Assembly (NCBI GenBank): GCA_963732385.1 | Contig: CAVSZB010000004.1 | Coordinates: 96,001 to 160,000, forward strand | Source: an uncultured bacterium | Lineage (GTDB): Bacteria > Krumholzibacteriota > Krumholzibacteriia > LZORAL124-64-63 | Direction of reading: 5' to 3' | Length of the DNA: 64,000 nt | In this document: in pieces, positions 58,956-64,000 of the stretch | How the letters are laid out: every line of letters begins with the position of its first letter | Position numbering within the stretch: position 1 is the stretch's first letter | Made by a program: the position numbers and the translations under genes | Notes under the pieces: model-generated | What the model was told of the DNA's origin: nothing | The model's input: the letters and a program-made list of their open reading frames with translations, nothing else | Databases searched by the model: none

Positions 58956-60010
58956 ACAGCCGGTCCGGGAGCGGCGACGGCATGCTGCCCCTCGTGGCGG
59001 CCATGCCGGAGCATCTGGCGGCCAGCGAACAGTTGCCGGGCCTCGACGCGGTGTCGTCGCTCGACCGCCCGTTCCGCCGGGTCCTGCTGTGCGGACTGGG
59101 GGGGTCGGCCGTGGCGGGCGATCTGGCTCGCCCGCTCGTGGCCGCGGCCGGCGTGCAACTCACGGTGTGGCGCGATTACGAAACGCCGGGCTGGGCTGGC
59201 GACGACACCCTGGTTGTGCTGAGCAGCTATTCCGGTGACACCGAAGAGACCCTGGCGGCGTCGCGTCGCGTTCTGGCGGCGGGTTTGCCGGCGCTGGTGA
59301 TCACCTCCGGCGGCGCTCTTTTGGCCCTGGCCCGGGCCGGCGATGTGCGCGGCCGGTCGGTGCCCGCGGTCGTGCTGCCGGGCGGACTGCCGCCGCGCGC
59401 TGCGCTCGGACACGGGCTGGGCGCTCTGCTGTGGGCATTGCACCGCGCCGGCGTCACGCCGACGCCGCGCGAGGATCTCGCCGACGCCGTGGCGGAGTTG
59501 CGCGCCGGCCGCACGCGCTGGCTGGTCCCCGGGGACCAGTCGGCCGACGAGGCGCCGGCGGTGTTGGCGCGCGCCCTGCTCGGCCGCTTCACGGTGATCT
59601 TCACGACTTCGCCCGAGGCGCACGGAGCCGGCGTCCGCCTGCGGGCGCAGCTCAACGAGAACGCGAAACACCCGGCGAGCCTGGCGGAATTCCCGGAGCT
59701 GGATCACAACGAGATCGTCGGCTGGGAGGTGCTGCGCCGTCGGCGCGAGGCGTTCGCGCTGGTGATCCTGCGCGGCGGCGACGAGCATCCCCGCACGACC
59801 CGTCGTGTGGAGATCACGCGCGAGCTGCTGGCGGCCGAGTTCCACTCCATCCACGACGTGTTTGCGCGCGGCGCCCGTCCGCTGGCCCGCGTGCTTTCTC
59901 TGGTGCAGCAGGCCGATGTCGTCTCCTGCCGTCTGGCCGAAGCGGCCGGCGTGGATCCGCTCCCGGTGGCTCGCATCGACGCGCTCAAGGCGCGTCTCAG
60001 GGAGGAGTGA
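58952..60010 (+). CDS. Bifunctional phosphoglucose/phosphomannose isomerase (SIS)
   Basis: GLGGSA, SSYSGDTEET, TSGG, PRAAL, QLNENAK, PELDHNEI. Confidence 0.88.
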   Translation: MNSRSGSGDGMLPLVAAMPEHLAASEQLPGLDAVSSLDRPFRRVLLCGLGGSAVAGDLARPLVAAAGVQLTVWRDYETPGWAGDDTLVVLSSYSGDTEETLAASRRVLAAGLPALVITSGGALLALARAGDVRGRSVPAVVLPGGLPPRAALGHGLGALLWALHRAGVTPTPREDLADAVAELRAGRTRWLVPGDQSADEAPAVLARALLGRFTVIFTTSPEAHGAGVRLRAQLNENAKHPASLAEFPELDHNEIVGWEVLRRRREAFALVILRGGDEHPRTTRRVEITRELLAAEFHSIHDVFARGARPLARVLSLVQQADVVSCRLAEAAGVDPLPVARIDALKARLREE

Positions 60011-60014
60011 GTCC

Positions 60015-60989
60015 GTGAAGGCGCTGATTCCGGCGGCCGGCATCGGCACGCGACTGCGGCCGCATACCCTGAACCGGCCCAAGGCGCTGCTGCCGGTGGC
60101 CGGCAAGCCGATTCTGGCCCACATCGTCGACGACCTGCGCGCGGCCGGCATCACCGAATTCGTGCTGGTGGTCGGTTTCGAGGGGGAGGCGGTGCGCGCC
60201 TGGTTCAGGAGCGCCTACCCCGGCGTGCCGGTGACGTTCGTAGAACAGGCCGAGCGGCTCGGGCTGGGGCATGCCGTCTGGACGGCGCGCGATGCCCTTG
60301 GCGATGACCCGTTCTTCTGCATTCTCGGCGATACCATTCTCAAGGCGGACTACGCCGCTCTGCTGGGCGATCCCGCCAACTGCATCGCGGTGCGCGAGGT
60401 GGCTGATCCCCGGCGGTTCGGCGTGGTCGAATTATGCGACGGTCGTGTCGTCCGCTTCGTCGAGAAACCGGAGAGGCCGCCCAGCAATCTGGCGATTGTC
60501 GGCGCCTATCTGCTGCGCGACGCCCCCGCGCTCTGGGCGGCGCTGACCCGCGTAGTGCGGGAGGACCGCCGCACCCGGGGCGAGTACCAGCTCACCGACG
60601 CTCTGCAACTGATGGTGGAGCAGGGGGTGCCGTTCAGCATCGCCACCGTCACCGACTGGTACGATTGCGGCAAACCGGAGACCTGGCTGGAGACGAACCG
60701 CGTCCTGCTCGACCGACATCCGGGTCGCTCGCCGGAAGGCGCCGAGGCGCCCTGCGCGGTGGCGCCGGACGTTGTGGTTGCCGGTTCGCGGCTGGGGCCG
60801 TACGTGTCGATCGGTGCGGGAGCCGTCATCGTGGATTCGGACCTGGCGGACTGCATCATCGGGTCCGGCGCCGAGGTGCGGGGTTGTCGCCTGCGCGACA
60901 GCCTGGTGGGCGAACAGGCGGTAGTGCGCGGTGCGCGGGGACGACTGAACGTGGGTGACTATTGCGAAGTGGTCGTCGAAGGCGCCTGA
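60015..60989 (+). CDS. Sugar-phosphate nucleotidyltransferase (glucose-1-P thymidylyltransferase long-form-like)
   Basis: [39 protein letters not shown]-terminal left-handed beta-helix. Confidence 0.88.
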   Translation: MKALIPAAGIGTRLRPHTLNRPKALLPVAGKPILAHIVDDLRAAGITEFVLVVGFEGEAVRAWFRSAYPGVPVTFVEQAERLGLGHAVWTARDALGDDPFFCILGDTILKADYAALLGDPANCIAVREVADPRRFGVVELCDGRVVRFVEKPERPPSNLAIVGAYLLRDAPALWAALTRVVREDRRTRGEYQLTDALQLMVEQGVPFSIATVTDWYDCGKPETWLETNRVLLDRHPGRSPEGAEAPCAVAPDVVVAGSRLGPYVSIGAGAVIVDSDLADCIIGSGAEVRGCRLRDSLVGEQAVVRGARGRLNVGDYCEVVVEGA

Positions 60990-61065
60990 GGGGTGCGCGG
61001 CGGCAGGCAGCGGCCCGTTCGCGTCGCCCGGGCGCCGGGCCATCATCACGGAAAAGGAGCGAGCA

Positions 61066-62211
<1,146 letters not shown>

Positions 62212-62321
62212 GACCGGTGCCGGGCCCGGCCGCGCTTACACCGCTGCCGCAGCGCGTCAGCAGGATTCGCGCGGATGAGCGCGGCGCCCGCCCCGCCATT
62301 CGGCGGCTTGGGAGGCAGAAA

Positions 62322-62357
62322 GAAGAGCGCGGCCCTTGCGGGCCGCGCTCTTCGTTT
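62322..62357. terminator. Probable bidirectional terminator between convergent metK and the lipoprotein gene
   Basis: 14-bp perfect stem GAAGAGCGCGGCCC-TTGC-GGGCCGCGCTCTTC with A/T-rich flanks. Confidence 0.75.
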
Positions 62358-62379
62358 GGACGGAGGCGGAAGGGCGTGG

Positions 62380-63057
62380 TCAGCGCGCCGCGTCAACCTG
62401 GACAGAAACGGTGTCGCGACGGATCACGCTGAGCTGGTCATCGGTGACGGTGACGATGGCGTGGCGCAGGCCAGTATCGGCGGCGCTGTAAGCGAACCGC
62501 GGCGCGTGCCCGGTGAAGATCGTGTGCAAGACGTTGCCCATGTCCCAGCGGAACAGGAAGCGATTCTCATAGTTGCCGGTGTCGGTGTCGAAGCCGCAGG
62601 AGGAGGCGAAAAGGCCGAACTGCACCACTTCGCCTGTCGTGACAGTCGTGTCGGGCTCGGCGCCGTCGCCGGTGGGGATGGCGCGCACGGAGAGCGAATC
62701 TTCCTGCACCGTGACCAGCAGGTACTGGGTCTCGCCCTCGCCGTCCTTGTCGCGCACGCTCAGCGCGACATCGTAGACGCCCGGCGTGTCGAACGTATGG
62801 TAGACCAGGCTTCCGTTGCCGGTATTGCCGTCGCGGAAGTCCCAACCGATCGTGAGATAACTGTTGGCGCCGGTGGGGTCCGATTCAAGGTCACCGCCCG
62901 AAGCGCGGGCCGTGAACTGGACCAGCAGCGGGGCCACGCCGCAGTCGGTGCTGCTGGCCCAGCGCGTGAAGTAGGGGACGAGATTGTTGTCCTGACAACC
63001 GGCCAACAGGACGCCGCTCAGGACGGTCATGATGACGATCACCGGAATCTTCCGCAT
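62380..63057 (-). CDS. PKD-domain lipoprotein
   Basis: Lipobox LLAGC; PKD motif WDFRDG...HTFDTPGVYDV.L.V.D, second WDMG repeat. Confidence 0.8.
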   Translation of the reverse strand: MRKIPVIVIMTVLSGVLLAGCQDNNLVPYFTRWASSTDCGVAPLLVQFTARASGGDLESDPTGANSYLTIGWDFRDGNTGNGSLVYHTFDTPGVYDVALSVRDKDGEGETQYLLVTVQEDSLSVRAIPTGDGAEPDTTVTTGEVVQFGLFASSCGFDTDTGNYENRFLFRWDMGNVLHTIFTGHAPRFAYSAADTGLRHAIVTVTDDQLSVIRRDTVSVQVDAAR

Positions 63058-63196
63058 AAGCACATCGGCTCCTGACACGGGCAGGGTGGGGCTCAGCGGC
63101 TGTTGGGGAGGACCGCTGGCGGCAACCCGAACGGTATCAAATTAGGCCATCGGGGGGGCCGGATCAAGGGATTCCCGCGAAAAGAGCGCCGAGACT

Positions 63197-64000
63197 TCAG
63201 CGCCGGGCGCGGATCCACAGCGCGGCGGCGAAACCGATAAAAAGGAAATTGCCGCCCCAGCCGGCCAGGACCGGTGGCAGGGCTCCGCTGTGACCGAGGG
63301 CCCGCCCCAGATTCATGGTCAGGTAGTAGCCGAAGCTGATTATCACCGTCCAGCCGAAACCGGAGGCCACGTTCGTCTTGCGCGGTCCCGACGCGAGCAG
63401 CACGCCCAGCGCCACGACGATCAGGTGGATCCAGGGGAAGGCGATCCGGAACTGCAGGTCGACGGCGCAGGAGGTCGCGTCGGCTCCGGTGCGGCGCAGC
63501 AGGGCGACGCGGCGGGCGAGCTGGCGTACGTTCATGTCATCGGGGCGCACCCGCTCGCGATTGAGCTCCTCCGGGGTGACCGAGAGGAATGGTGCCTCCA
63601 GGCGCCGGAACGGCGTGGCCGATTCCTGGTCGCCCGTGAAGATGCGCCGGGTCCCGTCGAAAAGAATCCACTGGTGGCCGTCCCACTCCGCCCGCGACGC
63701 ATCGAGCCGCTCGACGACGCTGGCGTTGCGCAGCGTCTGCACCGACAGGTCCGTGACCTCCCCCTGCTCGGGGCGGTAGGAGCGGGCGTAGTAGAGCCGT
63801 TGATCCTCGCCGGTGATGGCAATGTCGACGGTGGGGCGGGCGCGGTCGGGGCGGTGGTGGATTTCCACGTGGTAGACGTGATCGCGCGCGCTGTTGGCGC
63901 GTGGCAGGACCCATTCGCTCCAGGCGAGGGAGTAGAAGCAGGCCGCGGCCGCCAGGCCGAGCAGGGGGAGCACGATCTGGGCCAGCGAACGGCCGGCTGC
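63197..64000 (-). CDS. LptF/LptG family permease (5' partial)
   Basis: EWVLP.AN, periplasmic beta-jellyroll, PDDM, RIAFP, ALG..G.LPP.LAGW. Confidence 0.85.
   Translation of the reverse strand, partial: AAGRSLAQIVLPLLGLAAAACFYSLAWSEWVLPRANSARDHVYHVEIHHRPDRARPTVDIAITGEDQRLYYARSYRPEQGEVTDLSVQTLRNASVVERLDASRAEWDGHQWILFDGTRRIFTGDQESATPFRRLEAPFLSVTPEELNRERVRPDDMNVRQLARRVALLRRTGADATSCAVDLQFRIAFPWIHLIVVALGVLLASGPRKTNVASGFGWTVIISFGYYLTMNLGRALGHSGALPPVLAGWGGNFLFIGFAAALWIRARR

Noticed and set aside
60990..61065. Possible SAM riboswitch before metK
   Set aside because: The gap is only ~75 nt and has no SAM-I/II consensus; metK appears operonic.

Overview
GC-rich bacterial chromosomal window, densely coding and mostly on the + strand. 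It is mainly housekeeping: ppdK, aminotransferase, carbamate kinase, purD/E/M/N, tsaC-LMW phosphatase-rpiB-glyA-nrdR-tatC, polyprenyl synthase-rsfS-argS, lnt, nfnAB-like pair, folE, trxB, rplU-rpmA, kdsB-pyrG-kdsA-kdsC-kdsD-lpxL-lptC-lptB-rpoN-hpf-hprK, a complete mannose-class PTS, PGI/PMI, sugar nucleotidyltransferase, metK and a partial lptF/G. Kdo/Lpt genes indicate a diderm. Three secreted proteins with FlgD-Ig/T9SS-like C-terminal domains suggest an FCB-related lineage (inference only). PPDK and NfnAB suggest anaerobic metabolism. The most interesting locus is ~27630-30170: a canonical sigma70 promoter, a hypothetical protein with a LeuA-regulatory-like C-terminus, an unannotated 14-aa Trp-rich peptide ORF (MLLWIMAIFTKWEW) with a strong SD inside a long-range-paired RNA structure, and a twice-frameshifted membrane HD-GYP gene. 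This is a candidate peptide/cyclic-dinucleotide signalling system. Other notable items are a ~100-nt three-way-junction RNA candidate between nfnA and folE and a sigma54 site upstream of the rpoN-containing operon. No rRNA, tRNA, CRISPR array or mobile element was recognised. All calls come from reading motifs by eye; no database searches were run.
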